A stretch of 64,000 bases of DNA, from NCBI GenBank assembly GCA_028534125.1, contig CM052816.1, positions 54,004,001 through 54,068,000 of the forward strand, read 5' to 3'. Below the pieces are notes generated by a model that worked only from the letters and a program-made list of their open reading frames with translations, was not told the DNA's origin and made no database searches. Below are positions 38,640 to 51,146 of this stretch, in pieces (positions within the stretch are counted from its first letter, which is position 1; each line of letters starts with the position of its first letter). The position numbers were made by a program, and so were the translations under genes. This DNA comes from Lama glama. Lineage: Eukaryota.

Positions 38640-39490
38640 ACATCATTTTCCGTGCATGACGATGTAATCCATATGATCATGGTAACATAAAAGTGAGAAG
38701 CTAAAGGGACCTAAATGGTTGAAAGTCATCTGTATTTTACTTAAAATGGTAAGATACTAGCTCTGAGTAGACTGTAAATGGTTGGGTATGTATATTATAA
38801 TCCCTAGAACAAATATGCACATACATATGTACACACACACACACACACACACACAAAGGGATATAGCCCAGATGACAGTAGATAAATTAAAATATTAAAG
38901 AATATTCAAATAATCTAAAGGAAGACAGCAAAGGTGGAGTGGGGAACAGAAGAATAAATAATGAAGGGGACAAACAGAAAATGAATAGTAAAGTGGTTAA
39001 CTTTAATCCAACCATATGATAGTTACATTAAATGTAAAATGGTTTAAACACGCCAGATAAAGACAGACATAGTTAGATTAGTCACATAAACAAGCAAACA
39101 AACATGACCAAAATATATACCATCTACAAGAAACTTACTTCAAATATAGTTATATAAGTAGGTTAAAGTAAAAGGATGCAGAAAGATGTACCATAAGAAC
39201 ACTCATTAAAAGAAATAAGGAGTGACTGCACTAACAAAAGACAAATTAGACTTCAGAGCATAGAAAATTACCAAGGACAAAGGCAGACTTTGCAGGTTGA
39301 TAAAGTAGTTAATTCATCCAGGAGTCATAACAATCCTAAATGTGAATGCACCTAGCAACAGAGATTCAAAATACGTCAAATAATAGTTGACAGAACTGAA
39401 AGGAGAAGGAGACACATTTATAGTTATGGTAGGAGACTACGATACTCCTCTTTTCGTATTAGGTAGAACTAATAGAAATTCAGCAAAGAT
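38640..39490 (+). mobile_element. Old L1 fragment (inter-ORF and ORF2 endonuclease start) with an internal (CA)n
   Basis: A-rich; 'ttacattaaatgtaaaatggtttaaacac', 'ctacaagaaacttacttcaaatatag', 'taacaatcctaaatgtgaatgcacctagcaacagag'. Confidence 0.8.
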
Positions 39491-40884
39491 GTAATGCCTT
39501 GAGCACATCCTTTTGACATAGTTAACCCCAAACTTATTTCCATCCTCCTTTCTTTTCCTCAGCTCACTTCTGCTCTCCATTCTCTTTCAGCTCCTAGCTT
39601 TGTATTAAATTCATCGTTTTTGTCTTTGTAGTTTTATATCCATTTCCAATTGGTTGCAAAAGCAAAAATAGGGCTAATGAAAGTTTAAAGGGGCACAGAG
39701 TGTGCCCAGCTTAGTCTGTCTGCAACAGCCACTGGCAACTGGTAATGTGTTTTTTTTTTTTTTAACTCTGAAGCTTCCCTTTCTCCTTTTGAATAATTCA
39801 CAAAGTATTCATACAGCCTGCTCTTATCACTTTGTAACTGAGAGATACATTATGGTCTAAAGAGACAGTGCGTCTTGAATGCTGTTCCCCACTATTTTTT
39901 TATTCCTGTTAGAATAGTTAAAATGTAGCTGCTTTGATTTGTGTGATGTTCAACTAAACTTCATCCACCATTTACAAAGCAATGTTTGTAAAACACTGAT
40001 TTTTTTCGTCTTTACTGATGGAAATTAACATTTACAAAGCAAGAAAGCAAAATTCCACTATGTGGAATAGTGCAAACAACTTTATTTATCAGTCTTTACT
40101 TGTAAGCACTAATTATTATTTAATATGGGTTGAGTTAAGTTATATTACATTCCCAATGTTTATTCTCCAATGATATGGCAAAGATGAATTTTCATTTTTT
40201 AAAAATAAAAAATTGAACACACTAATAAACCTTTTTCTGTAATTTTATTTATTTTCATCTTTATTTTCCTTTACCTTTTAGGAATTTTCTTGTCTGATGT
40301 TTTTTTTTTGCTGTGCTAAAATAAAACTATAGTCTGTCTTAGGAGGCACTCACTATTTTAAATATTTTGATAAATTTTTTAAAAATATACAATGTGCCCT
40401 TCAGAGTGATGAAGTTCACTTACATAGACTGCCATATTTGGAAATGAACACTTATTGCATCTTAAGAATTATATCTTTATTTACATTATAGCATTTTATC
40501 ATACCATAAGCCTTTCAGAAGAAAAATGAAACATTTATACCTTTTCCAAAAGTATGCAGCTAGCATTGAACGTGATAGGCATAAACACACAATTTATATA
40601 GAATATTTTAAATGTATACATTGGAAGGATATTTTAATATTGCAAATTGCCAATAAGAGATTTAACATGTAAGAACCCCTTTCCTGTACTGTTTGTAACA
40701 AAGGTCAGTCCAATAGCATTTTTACCTCAACTTATAACACTTATATATTGATAAGCAATAGTTTCCTTTGGAATCCTTTGCTAGTTCACTGAAAAAAATA
40801 AACTTTCTCCACAATGTAATTTTATTAAAGCACATCAATTTTGGATAAATTTTTAAGTTTGCCTCTGTGGGTCAAGAAAATAAT

Positions 40885-41100
40885 AATAATTATTCACTGA
40901 GTGCTTATGAAGTACTAGGCATTGTGCTAAAATTTTTACATACATTGTCTTATATAAGTTTCACAGACATCACAGCACTTGTGTGGCAGATATTTTATCT
41001 CCACTTTACAGTTTAGGAAACTGAGTCTCAGAGAGAATTAATAAATTGCTCAAAGTTATCCAATAAGACCATGTCTTAGCTGAAGCCCAAATCCTTGCTT
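40885..41100 (-). mobile_element. MIR SINE
   Basis: 'ctccactttacagtttaggaaactgagtctcagagag'. Confidence 0.75.
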
Positions 41101-42839
41101 CCAATCATGTCAGGAGCACCACTGCATGACTGAATACCAAACCACAAACACCAAAACGTTTTCATAACAAGTGGGGAAAAATCAATCATTAATTACTGGT
41201 AACTTGGTGTCATATTAGACTTCCAGTTGTTTTACTGTATTTCACCAAGGTCACTATTGAATTCTGTTAATCTGATTTCTTTGTGGTTAAAAATCCAAGG
41301 AGAATTGGTTGAGTTCTATCAACTCTGAAGTTTCTATATCATTTGGAAGCATGTAACTCTTATCATAAAAAAATTCTTAAAATCACAATTATATAATTAA
41401 ATGGCAATCACACCCACATGTGTGTGCAAAAATATGGTAATAAGGGAATAGAAATAATTATAGTAATAATGAAATAACAATACAATAATTAAATATTAGG
41501 CTAGTAATGTTGGAATTGGAAGTTTTGTAAGTTGAAATATGGAAGTTGAAATGAAATTTCTCTCCTCGATTAAGAAGTAATATCTTTATATTACCTTAAA
41601 ATATTAGAGGAAATGCCATTTCACAAAGTCTCCTTCTCATTGGCAGACTATTCTGCAGAATACTAGTAAGCTTCACATCATTCAAAGATGATAGCTTTAT
41701 TTTTTTTTTACTTTAGGTTTATAACACAGTAAGAATTCTCTAGGCCTTAAGTAGCTTACCATAATGAACAAGAAACTCTGCAGAAGATAATTTCAAAAAT
41801 AAGTAAATAATTTAAATGTAAAACCCTGTATGAATCGATGTTTGTAACTCAGTATTTAGAATATTCTTTGAGCAATCTAGAAACTGTAATATGTTGCCCA
41901 AAAACCCTTGTCTCTTTTTTTGCTGCATTTATTATTAATATCAAAAAAGAATATATAATGAGAATTGAAAATATTTCATATCTAAGAAAGATATCTTATT
42001 GAAAAGAATAAAAAGTCTTGGGCATGATAAAAATAAAATACTCATAAATATTTTGGTGAGAGTTTCAAATAGAACAGTCATAGACAGCTCATGGTAAACA
42101 CATAAAAATATTTTATCTGTAACATGTAACCTAAAAACACCTTTCAGAGCTCTCTTGATTGACCCTGAATAAAAATCTTACTTCAGGTGACAAAAAAAGG
42201 TCCATTAATGTTGCTCATGCATTTCAACATAAAAATGGAATGGAATCATTGACTACAAGTAGAAATGTGCAAAACTACTCAAGATGAATATGCTGCTTTG
42301 AGCCTACACATTCACTCCACTTTTGTCTGCCAGCTTGATTTTTGAATTGGGCATTCATGGATAAAAGGTATGTGATCTGAAAAAATAGTGTGTGTCTTTT
42401 AAAAGTAGTGTCATGTAATGTCATTCCTTTTGGCAAAATTTATGTTACACGGTATTGGACTACGGGCTAATGTAACATGATGCATTAAAAACTGCACATG
42501 ATGATTGTAATGTGTGTCAGAACAATGAATTGTTATATCAGATACCTGTTCAGCTGTAAATAGGGCCCTCTGTAAGTCACTGACAAAAGCATTGTGTTCT
42601 TTTGATGCCTGTATAGAACTCTTGTTGTCTAAAACATGCACCCTCCCAACATCCATACTCTGACCTGTGACCATTTAAGTTGCATGTTTAATACACGCAC
42701 ACAACCAAAACAGCACATTAGGGAAACCACCATTGGAGATATTTTTCGTTTCATAGGCATTTTTCTTCCAAAAATCCAATGGCTCTATCTTCCCCCTTCT
42801 CCCCAACAGAGACATACACATGGAATTCTAATGGACTCT

Positions 42840-43290
42840 GCATTAATTAGAAAATCCTTTAGGCTACAAACAACAGAAATCTCATAAACAGTAGTTAAAT
42901 ACGTAAGCATTTGTTCTTCTCACATAAGATGACTAGAGACAGTTGCTGGTTTTGATTTAGCAGCTCGGGAATGTCTGGACTGGTGTGTCTGAAATATCCA
43001 TCTTTCCCTCATGATTGAAAGATGGATGTTTTAACTCTAGTTATTCCATCTACTTTCATGGAATAAGTGGGAAAACAGCCAATTCCCTGTATTTGTCCCT
43101 TTTATCAAGAAATCCAAAGCATTTCCAGCAACCACCTACATATTTCCACTTACATCTAACTGCCCAGAATTGTGTACCTTGCCACCTCTAGCTGCAAGGA
43201 AGCTTGAGAGAGTAGGCCCTACAATGGAAGAAGGTTAAGAAGAACGGTATAAGGAATGAGTGTTTGGTAAGCCAGTTAATAGTGTCTACT
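42840..43290 (-). mobile_element. Old MaLR (MLT1-like) LTR
   Basis: 'ttccacttacatctaactgcccagaattgtg..gccacctctagctgcaagg'. Confidence 0.55.
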
Positions 43291-43369
43291 GTAGATGCCC
43301 CTAACAATTCATAAATAGAGCAGAGAACATAATATTGGGAAGGGTTTAAATAGTGATCAATTCATACGG

Positions 43370-43645
43370 TAAAAAATTTAATACTGACTTCACCATACAC
43401 AAATACAAATTCTAGTGGAATGTGGGTCTAAATGTGAAATGTGAAAAATAAATCTCCTATAAGAAGACATAGGATAATATCTTCATGATGTGTGTAGGCA
43501 AAGATTTTTTAAATAGGATACAAAAAGTGCTCATCATAAAGGGGAAAATGTAGTAACTGGACTCCTAAAACCTAAATCTAGAATTGAGAACTTCTGTTCA
43601 TCCAACATACTGTAATTCAGAGAGTGAAAAGGCAAGCCAGAGTTA
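43370..43645 (+). mobile_element. L1 ORF2 fragment
   Basis: 'caccatacacaaa..ctaaatgtgaaa..gtaggcaaagattttttaaataggatacaaaaag..aacttctgttcatc'. Confidence 0.75.
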
Positions 43646-44719
43646 TGTTGTTCACAGTTTCTGGTGTTATAAATAGTTCTCCTCCTTGCACATATCTTGA
43701 GCATTTGTACTTGAAACCCAGAGAAGAATTTGTGGATCACAGGGTACACATATATTCAGCATTAGTAGACTTGATCGAATCTTTGTTCTTGGGTTTCAGT
43801 GGAGACATGCCTGGGGAGCTTCAGCCTGACCTTCCTCCATGGCTTCCTAAGAAGAGTCATACATTCAGTCATAGATGTAATATGACTAATGCCCTGGCTG
43901 AGCCTTATGGCTTGGTGGAAACACGGTTTGAGACAGAAAACACCAGGTAACATCAGCACACAGTTGGTGTTTTAGTTTCCTATTGCTGCTGTAACAAATC
44001 CCTGCAATCCTAGTGACTTTGAACAACACTCCTAATGAATGTGCTAAGTTCCAGACACGCTCTTCTCTGTATCTACGGTGAAGTCACAACCCTAGCTCCT
44101 TATGGAATTCAGGATCAATTTCCACTACCAGTATAGGAAGTTCTTTTTTTTTTTTTTTTTTTTTTGCCTGATGATCCACTCACATGAAGGGTCCCAAACA
44201 AGCAAATAGTAGGTTTAGCTTTAAGTTCAATGGAATTCTTCCTTTCTCCTATCATGGAAGCATTCTTTATGGGACTAGAACCTCTAATGTAACAGAGCCC
44301 AAGGTGGCATGGACTACTCTAAGAACAGATTCCACAGGTGGATTACTGGATGCGATGGTGAAAGATGCCTATCCAATTTTCATTCCTTGGTTTCTTGGTT
44401 CTATTCCACGTAGTCTACATATTGAGGGACAGATGTCAGCTATTAGTTCAGTGCGTATATCATATTCTGGAGAATGATGCTCCAATACTACAGTGTACTG
44501 TCCCCAAATTACCATTTTAGCTGAGGCTTTAACAAACCATTCTATCATTCTATTAAACTGGTTGCTTCTAGGTGATGAGGCATATGGTAAGACCAGTGGG
44601 TTCTGCAGTCTTATTGCTATATTTCCTTTGGTCTTAGGCAATGTTGAGTGTATTACCATGTCAATAAACAAATCCATATCGAGAATAGATGTCAATTTTG
44701 GTAAGGATAGATCACAGCC

Positions 44720-45171
44720 TGTGTCATTTTAGATCCTTCAAGAAGCGGATGCCAAGATAGGATTAGACACGCAAGAATTTATTGGAGGAAACATCTATGA
44801 AGGATATGGTGAGAGAGAGCAGAAATAGCAGGGAGAACCTTCAGATTGCAAGGCAGGTCTGGTCTGACACCTGTGAAAAGAAGGAGAGAAGGAAAGATTG
44901 GGTAGAAAAAGTTGTAGACTACAGTGCAGTTCTTAGAAAATCTTGACAAGGTCAATAAAGAGTTCCCGAATGAAGAAATAGCTTTCCCATTAGAGAAATC
45001 ATCAGGCTTTAGTACCTCCACTAGCTCAGTAATTGTGTGGGATGGAATCATGGACTTGGTGTAAATATATGAATCCAAAGTTGTGGAAGCTTAAGGCTGA
45101 TAGTCAGCTATGCTCCCCACAGAAGTTTGTCTCAAAGGTAGATCTGAGTGTGTACTCTCATAGTTGCTACA
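44720..45171 (-). mobile_element. LTR16-like solo LTR nested in the ERV-L integrase
   Basis: TG...CA termini and 'agaagcggatgccaagataggattagacacgcaagaatttattgg'. It splits the integrase between WKVQ and ILTKIDIYS. Confidence 0.7.
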
Positions 45172-45335
45172 CTGCACTTTCCAGGGTGGAAGGGGTCCTA
45201 TGTAATCAAGCTGCCACCAGACAATCTACTCTTGGAATGGTGCCATATCGAGGGCTCAGTGTTGGTCTTTACTGCTGGCAGGTTAGCCATTCAGCAGTGG
45301 CAGTAGCTAGATCAGCCCTGATGAAAGGGTGCCTT

Positions 45336-45806
45336 TGTATTAGTTATTAGTGGATGCATAATGAATTGTCCCAGATGTTAGTGGTTTAAAACAATGGTGC
45401 AGTTTAGGAAGGTGCCTCTGGCTCAGGCTCTCTCAAGAGATTGCAGTCAAACTGTATTCTAGACTGAGGTCTCATCTGAAGGCTCAACTCAGAGGATCCT
45501 CTTCTGGGGTCACCCACATGGTTGTCACCAGGCCTCAGTCCCTTATCACATGGGCTCCTCCACAGGGCTAGCTCATGATGTGGCAACTGACTACTGACAG
45601 TGTGAATGACCCATGAGAAAGCAAGAAAGGGCACCCAAGATGGAAGCCATTTTAATAACCTAATATTAGAACTGACATCCCCTCACTTGTGCCATATTCT
45701 GTTTGTTAGAGTCAATACGTCCATACTTATGGGGAGGGGTTACACAAGGGCAGCAATGCTGGGGGGCAGGAATCCTTGGTGGCCATCCCTGTGGCTGCTT
45801 ATCAAA
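45336..45806 (-). mobile_element. MaLR (MLT1-like) solo LTR nested in the ERV-L integrase zinc finger
   Basis: 'tgtattagtta..gtggtttaaaacaa..catctgaaggctc..tgccatattctgtttgttaga'; 5-bp TSD GCCTT/GCCTC. Confidence 0.8.
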
Positions 45807-46624
45807 GCCTCCATCTCTGCTACTCTCCAGTGGCTGCTCTGTTCATGGACTAGCACTGAGGTGGCTGAGTGGACAAGTTGCTTGACATCCACAGGACAAG
45901 TCATTTTGTCTGCTTGGTTATCGAGCGTCTCCACAGCGATCAATGCTCCTTGATGGGCATTAACATGAGACACAAAATCACAAGCTTTATGTGCTCTCCT
46001 CATTCCTGTATTTCTTTTTCTATAACTGCCAGTTTGGTTTCTTTCCGGCCTCTGACCAACCAGCTAAGCCGTTCATCACTGCCCAGGAATCCATACCTCA
46101 GGCTACTTCACCTTCCACGCAAAGTGATAAAGTGTTCTGCTTGCAGCTTTGCAGCCTGGGGAGGATTAACCTTTCCCTGTGTCCTTTAGGGCAGTCCCTA
46201 CTTGGCCTGTGTTGCTGCAGCCATCCATATACAGTTAACATCAACATATTGTACTCACCTGTTGGTAGATGAGATCCAAATTTTTTCTTTCTCCATTAGA
46301 AAACTTTGGTCAAGAGAATCCTCAGGGAGGTCATAGGTTTGAGTTGATGGAGATGTGTTGGTGTAACTAACAGAGCTAGATGTCCTAGGAGATGGGGACA
46401 CATTTATCTAATTTGCTTGTGCCTTCCAGACCTGCTTAGGCCCAATTCCAAATGTACCATTTTTGCACCATGGATAATTATTATGCCCACTCACAGTGAG
46501 TCTGCTAATACTCTTCTAATAATTAGTGGCATTGGTCCTATAGTTACTTGGTGTCACATCAATTCCAAGTCTCTACTAGGGTGCAGAGTGTTTCTGGAGT
46601 TGTCTTTCAAAGAGTAGTTCTAGT

Positions 46625-46790
46625 GGGGAGGGTATAGCTCAGTGGCAGACTGCATGCTTAGCATGTAGAAGATTCTGGGTTCAATCCCTAGTACCTCCAT
46701 TAGAAAAAAAAAACCCTAATAATTAAATAATAAACCTAATTATCCCCCCGCCCCAAAAACTCAAACAAATAAAAAAACAACTTTTAAAAA
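46625..46790 (+). mobile_element. tRNA-derived SINE (vic-1-like)
   Basis: GGGGAGGGTATAGCTCAGTGG..GCATGCTTAGCATG..GGGTTCAATCCCTAGTACCTCC followed by an A-rich tail. Confidence 0.92.
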
Positions 46791-46999
46791 GTGAGTACTT
46801 CTCTACCTCAGTAGGCATGGTCTGTATGCTGCCGTCCTCTCAGGGTTTACCAAAGACTTCACATACATAGCAGTTTATCCAGCGGATGCATCAGCATCAC
46901 TGGGTCTGCTGTTCACACAGCCTGAGGGGAGCTCGCACTGTGGCCTGGCCCTGATGCAGAGCCCACTGCTCTGTGCCCCACTTGGTGTTCTGAATCACC

Positions 47000-47290
47000 T
47001 GATTAATGAGTAAGAACCGTACTCCCAAGTGCAGTATATTAAAAGTGATTCCGGAGGCCAGAGGGGAGCAACAAATAAGTGAAACAGAGGAAAAAGAAAA
47101 GTCAATGCCAAGTGTGGATTGCTGAGTTCACCATTGCCACAGGTGACTGGGGTTTGACTTCCTGAGAACATCTGAAGAGCCTTATGATGTGTATCTTAGA
47201 ATTGCCTGGTCCCTGGAGAATGAAAGGGGAAGCATGGTCCACAGGCTTCTGTTCCCCTGCACTACTGGGTTGTGCACTTGTGTACTGAGC
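47000..47290 (-). mobile_element. LTR16-like remnant, possibly the ERV-L element's own LTR
   Basis: 'aagtgaaacagaggaaaaagaaaagtcaatg..caggtgactggggtttg..gtatcttagaattg'. Confidence 0.45.
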
Positions 47291-48809
47291 AGTTCCCACG
47301 CTTGTCTACCTCTGTGGGGCCCACGGCCCAGGCCTGAAGGAAGGCACTGTCTGTACTCATGTGATGCTGTTCAAAGTCTGAGTGTGACTAGGAGCCAGTG
47401 CAGTGGCTCCCAGAAGAGGGAAGGCCAAGAGAATCTGAAAAGACATCCTAGAGGGAGAGAAGGAAGGGGATCTTTTAGATCTTTTCAGAAGAGGTGCAGT
47501 TCCTAATGATGAACGAAGTACTTCAAGTCTTTCAAGCACCTAGAGGTAATTATTAGAGACATTTCACAAAAATATCCTTTTATCAACAGTACTTCTTTAT
47601 TTAAGTAATCTCTCCAGTTGGCCACCTGGTTTTATTAAGGGGAATTACAACATCAGAGCAACTGCACTGTAAGTCTCCCTATAGCCCTGTAAGTCTCATC
47701 ACATGCAGGTTGTCTCAGAGTGAAAACATGACCAGTCTCTTGCTTTCATCAAAATTAGACATCTATCTTGGTCCCATATTTGACTTTTATTTAACTCAGC
47801 AAATACTTACTGTGCATCAACTTGCCTCCAGGCATTAAGCTTGGTGCTGGGGAAACTACCATGAATGTAATGTGGTCTCTAATCTTGAGGAGCTCAGAGT
47901 CAATTGGGGGAAAGTGGAATGAAGTGAGACTAAGTTCAAAGTCCTGTAGGTGTGTGCAGAAAACAACTTGTATGTGTAAGGGAATCTGCAGCATTCTTTA
48001 ATAAAATATTACCTCAGCCCTCCAAGATAAGCAATGGAGAATTGCTACCCAGGGAGGAGATGGCTAGACTTGGTGCTTGTTCAAGATTCACCCCTTCCCA
48101 GGGCTCTCTCAGATCTCTTCCACTCCCAATCTTGAATGTTGATAAATTATCCCTTATAGAGTCTCCTACAGATTGATTCCTGTAGTTCACCTGAGGCCCA
48201 GGCTGGAATATTTTAACAGAACTCAATTGAGATTTAAGGATAACAGAACAAAAGGGTGTCAAACAGTGAGAAATGCAGTTTACATAGTTTCCATTTCAAA
48301 TACCCTGGGGCATCTCCCTGACTAGACCTTGCAGGCCTCCTATGGTTAATACTCCCCCATACTAACAAGAAATAACCTTCTGTTGGTCTACCTTCTCAAA
48401 GTCCAGATACAAAGGAGCAAGGTCCAGAGAAAGATGGTGTGTGTGGAGGGAGAGTGGGTGCGGGGTAGCTGTGGGATGTTTCAGATTATTTTAGTAGCCT
48501 TCTTGCTGGAATGAGAAGGCTCTGTGACATTGTTAAATGGGGGAAAAAAAAAGAGTTTTAAAGCAGCATTTATTCATTCAAGAAATATTTATTGAGTACC
48601 TACTGTGTGTCAGGCATATGCTGGGATACAGTGGTGAATTAAGTCCAACATGGGGCTTTTTTGTATGGAGTTAATAGTCCATATAGGAATTCAATGGGAT
48701 CTCATTAATGATTACATGTATATTTCTATATTCATATAAATGTGTATCCTACTGTATTCTTAGTTTCCTATTTAGGACCTCTTTCCCAGATGACTTATTT
48801 ATTTAATGA

Positions 48810-49040
48810 ATGCTTTGTTTGGGGCTTAATAAGTACCAGCCCTGTCCTAGGCACTTTATAAATGTTAATTCATTTAAGCTTTGTAACAGCCTTATGAGGT
48901 AGGTATTATTATCACCCACAATTTACAGATGAAGAAACTGAGGCATAGAGAGGTTAGTAACTTGTCCAAGTTTTCACAGTTAGTAAGAAGTAGAGCTAGG
49001 ATGTGATCCTATGCAGTCTGGCCCCAGAGTTCACGCTGTA
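48810..49040 (-). mobile_element. MIR SINE
   Basis: 'tgaggtaggtattattatcaccc..tttacagatgaagaaactgaggcatagagaggttagtaacttgtccaag'. Confidence 0.88.
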
Positions 49041-50978
49041 AATTCCTGACTCTGGAAACAGTTACACCTGATGCCCTATCCTTAGGGATGGGGCCAAAAC
49101 CCATAGCTTCAAGCATGCAATATAGACACATGGACACAGATACACAAACACTGTCTTTGAGGGCCTGGGCATGGCCCTGGGTACATACAGCATCAGCAGA
49201 GGTCTTTTCACTGGTACATACACTAGTTTATTACTGGTTCACAGATACAAAAATCATCAGACCAAAGAGATAAAAAGCAAATGGGTGGAGGCAGAGTTGG
49301 GGGTTTGGAGAAACAGTAGATGTTTACATCAGAAAACCTAGGCTGAGAGAAATCCTGCAAATCAGTGCAAAACTAAGCTCTGAGGTTCTGGAAATCAAGG
49401 CAAAAAGGAAAATATGAAGAGTAATAGGGCTTTGTTCCTTGACAGTAGCAACAGCCGTAGCTGCACAATCTTTTGGTGTGTGGGTCTGACTGCTGTTGTT
49501 TCTTTGCCTTAAGGGGTTGCCCAGTAACTGTATGTTAATGATCTACTGGATTTCTGATTGTAGCATTTTGCTTTGGTGAGTCTGGTGGTTTTCCTGTTTT
49601 GTTTTATTTTTACTACCGCCCCCACTCCCCAGTATTTCATAGCTCTGCTATGTCACTTGAAATTGTATTTTAGTGTGCCAACCAGTCAGATGACAGTATT
49701 TACTGAATTTAACACCTGCTGTGTACAGAACACAGGTGGAAGCTAGGAGAGGAAGATTTAGAGAAGACAAGATTCTTACCTCTAAAGATGTTTATAATCC
49801 AACAAGGAGAGTGAGCACGCCCTCGTGAAGGACTCAAACAATAGTTTTTAGAAGAAATATACCAAAAATAAAAATTAATACTGGGTGATTCCAACGTATC
49901 CAGAGAGCATTAAATAAGCAGGGGTCAGTCATGGTAGACTTTCTCCAGGAAGTGGGTTTTGATTTTGGATTTATGCTATTTTAACTGGCAGGATCTTGAA
50001 CTGTCCGGAGCTAGCCACAAAAGCCAGCATGAGTTAATTAAGTGTAGGGAAGGGTAAAGACAGTCAGGTAAGTGTTTTTCAAGAATGACACCAAGAAATA
50101 AGAAAACAAAGAGGCTCTGCCCTGTGTTTCTTGGGGACACCGTCAGGAAGAGGCTGCTAGAGCTTACCGGAGGTGCGCCTCACTTTAGGCAATAGACATG
50201 GTTTTTGAAAATGTAAAACAATAGTCAAAAGCTGTTGAGTATCTACTGTGTGTTAGGCATTGAGCTTTAACCTTCATATCTGCACTGTGAAGCGGCCATT
50301 ATTATTCCATTTTGCACGCAAGGCAACAGGCTCAGCAGCAAGGTTAAGGAGCCTATGTGAGCCCAGTGTCATTTAGCTATTGAGGGGTAAAACCTCGAGT
50401 GTCAGTTGGTTTGCTTGATCACGAAGCCCAATCTTTTGTGTGCCATATACTTTTGTAAGTTGAATACTTAAGATACATAAGAGGTGATGATTATTTGATT
50501 AAGTCCTGTAGTCATTTCTTTTGTGACGTGCATTTATCTAGTTTTTGCGGAGGTCTGAGGTAGAGGGTAAGGATTTTCTTAACTGCGCACATGATAGTTT
50601 ATTTTTTTAAACCTACATCATTTTGCCCCATTTGAAGCTAGATAATGACATCGAAAATATCTTATAGACAATTTTTAGATCATTTCATCCATTTAGCAGA
50701 TAATCTTGAAAAGCAAATTCATGGCCAGTCTATCCAGGCAGACACCGAAGTTTCCACGAACACCCAGGCTTTGGAGACCGGGAAAAGTGTAACTTGTGTC
50801 CACACTAAAAGGAGGGCTGTTCAAGAACTAAAAGGAGGGTTGTCTGAGCGAGAGCAGGACAGGTTCCGCGAGAAAAGTGGGTGGAATGGGGCACAGCAGG
50901 CGAGGAGTGACCCGCCCCCCGCCCCCCTTGGCCCCCGCCCCGCGGGTGTGGCTGCGGCGCCGGGGACGCGCCGGGGTG

Positions 50979-50990
50979 TGCGCATGCGCG
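50979..50990. promoter_or_regulatory. NRF1 binding site
   Basis: TGCGCATGCGCG matches the NRF1 consensus YGCGCAYGCGCR, about 105 bp upstream of the ATG. Confidence 0.75.
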
Positions 50991-51093
50991 CCGGGCCGCG
51001 GCGGCTACGCGGACGAGACCGCCTCTTTCGCGCCGTCTCCCTTCACGGTTACCCCGGCTCTCTGCCCCTCCTTCCCGCGGCGCTCGAGGGACC

Positions 51094-51146
51094 ATGGCCG
51101 ATCCTCGCGTGAGGCAGATCAAGATCAAAACCGGCGTGGTGAAGCG
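51094..51146 (+). CDS. TBCA: Tubulin-specific chaperone A (tubulin folding cofactor A), coding exon 1; later exons lie beyond the window
   Basis: ACCATGG Kozak start, 53 nt translating to MADPRVRQIKIKTGVVK(R), which I recognise as the TBCA N-terminus. A canonical donor CG|GTAAGA follows at 51147 (phase 2). No exon 2 was recognised downstream. Confidence 0.96.

Larger units (their letters stand above)
44050..46990 (-). mobile_element. Decayed ERV-L (class III ERV) internal pol region (RNase H to integrase), broken by nested insertions
   Basis: Minus-strand translations FVSHVNAHQ..LDNQADKMT..HEQSSH, RADLATATAEWLTCQQ*RPTLSPRYGTIPR, WWQLDYIGPLPPWK, ILTKIDIYSRYGFVY, NGLLKPQL and ILQNMIYALN follow ERV-L Pol in collinear order, with stops and frameshifts. 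Confidence 0.88.

Noticed and set aside
45740..46003. Possible domesticated retroviral gene
   Set aside because: Short fragment of ERV-L pol interrupted by stops, frameshifts and LTR insertions.
46625..46700. tRNA gene-like sequences (also at 19520, 34630, 35116, 38467, 63598)
   Set aside because: They are diverged copies with A-rich tails, and several have clear TSDs, so they are SINEs rather than functional tRNAs.
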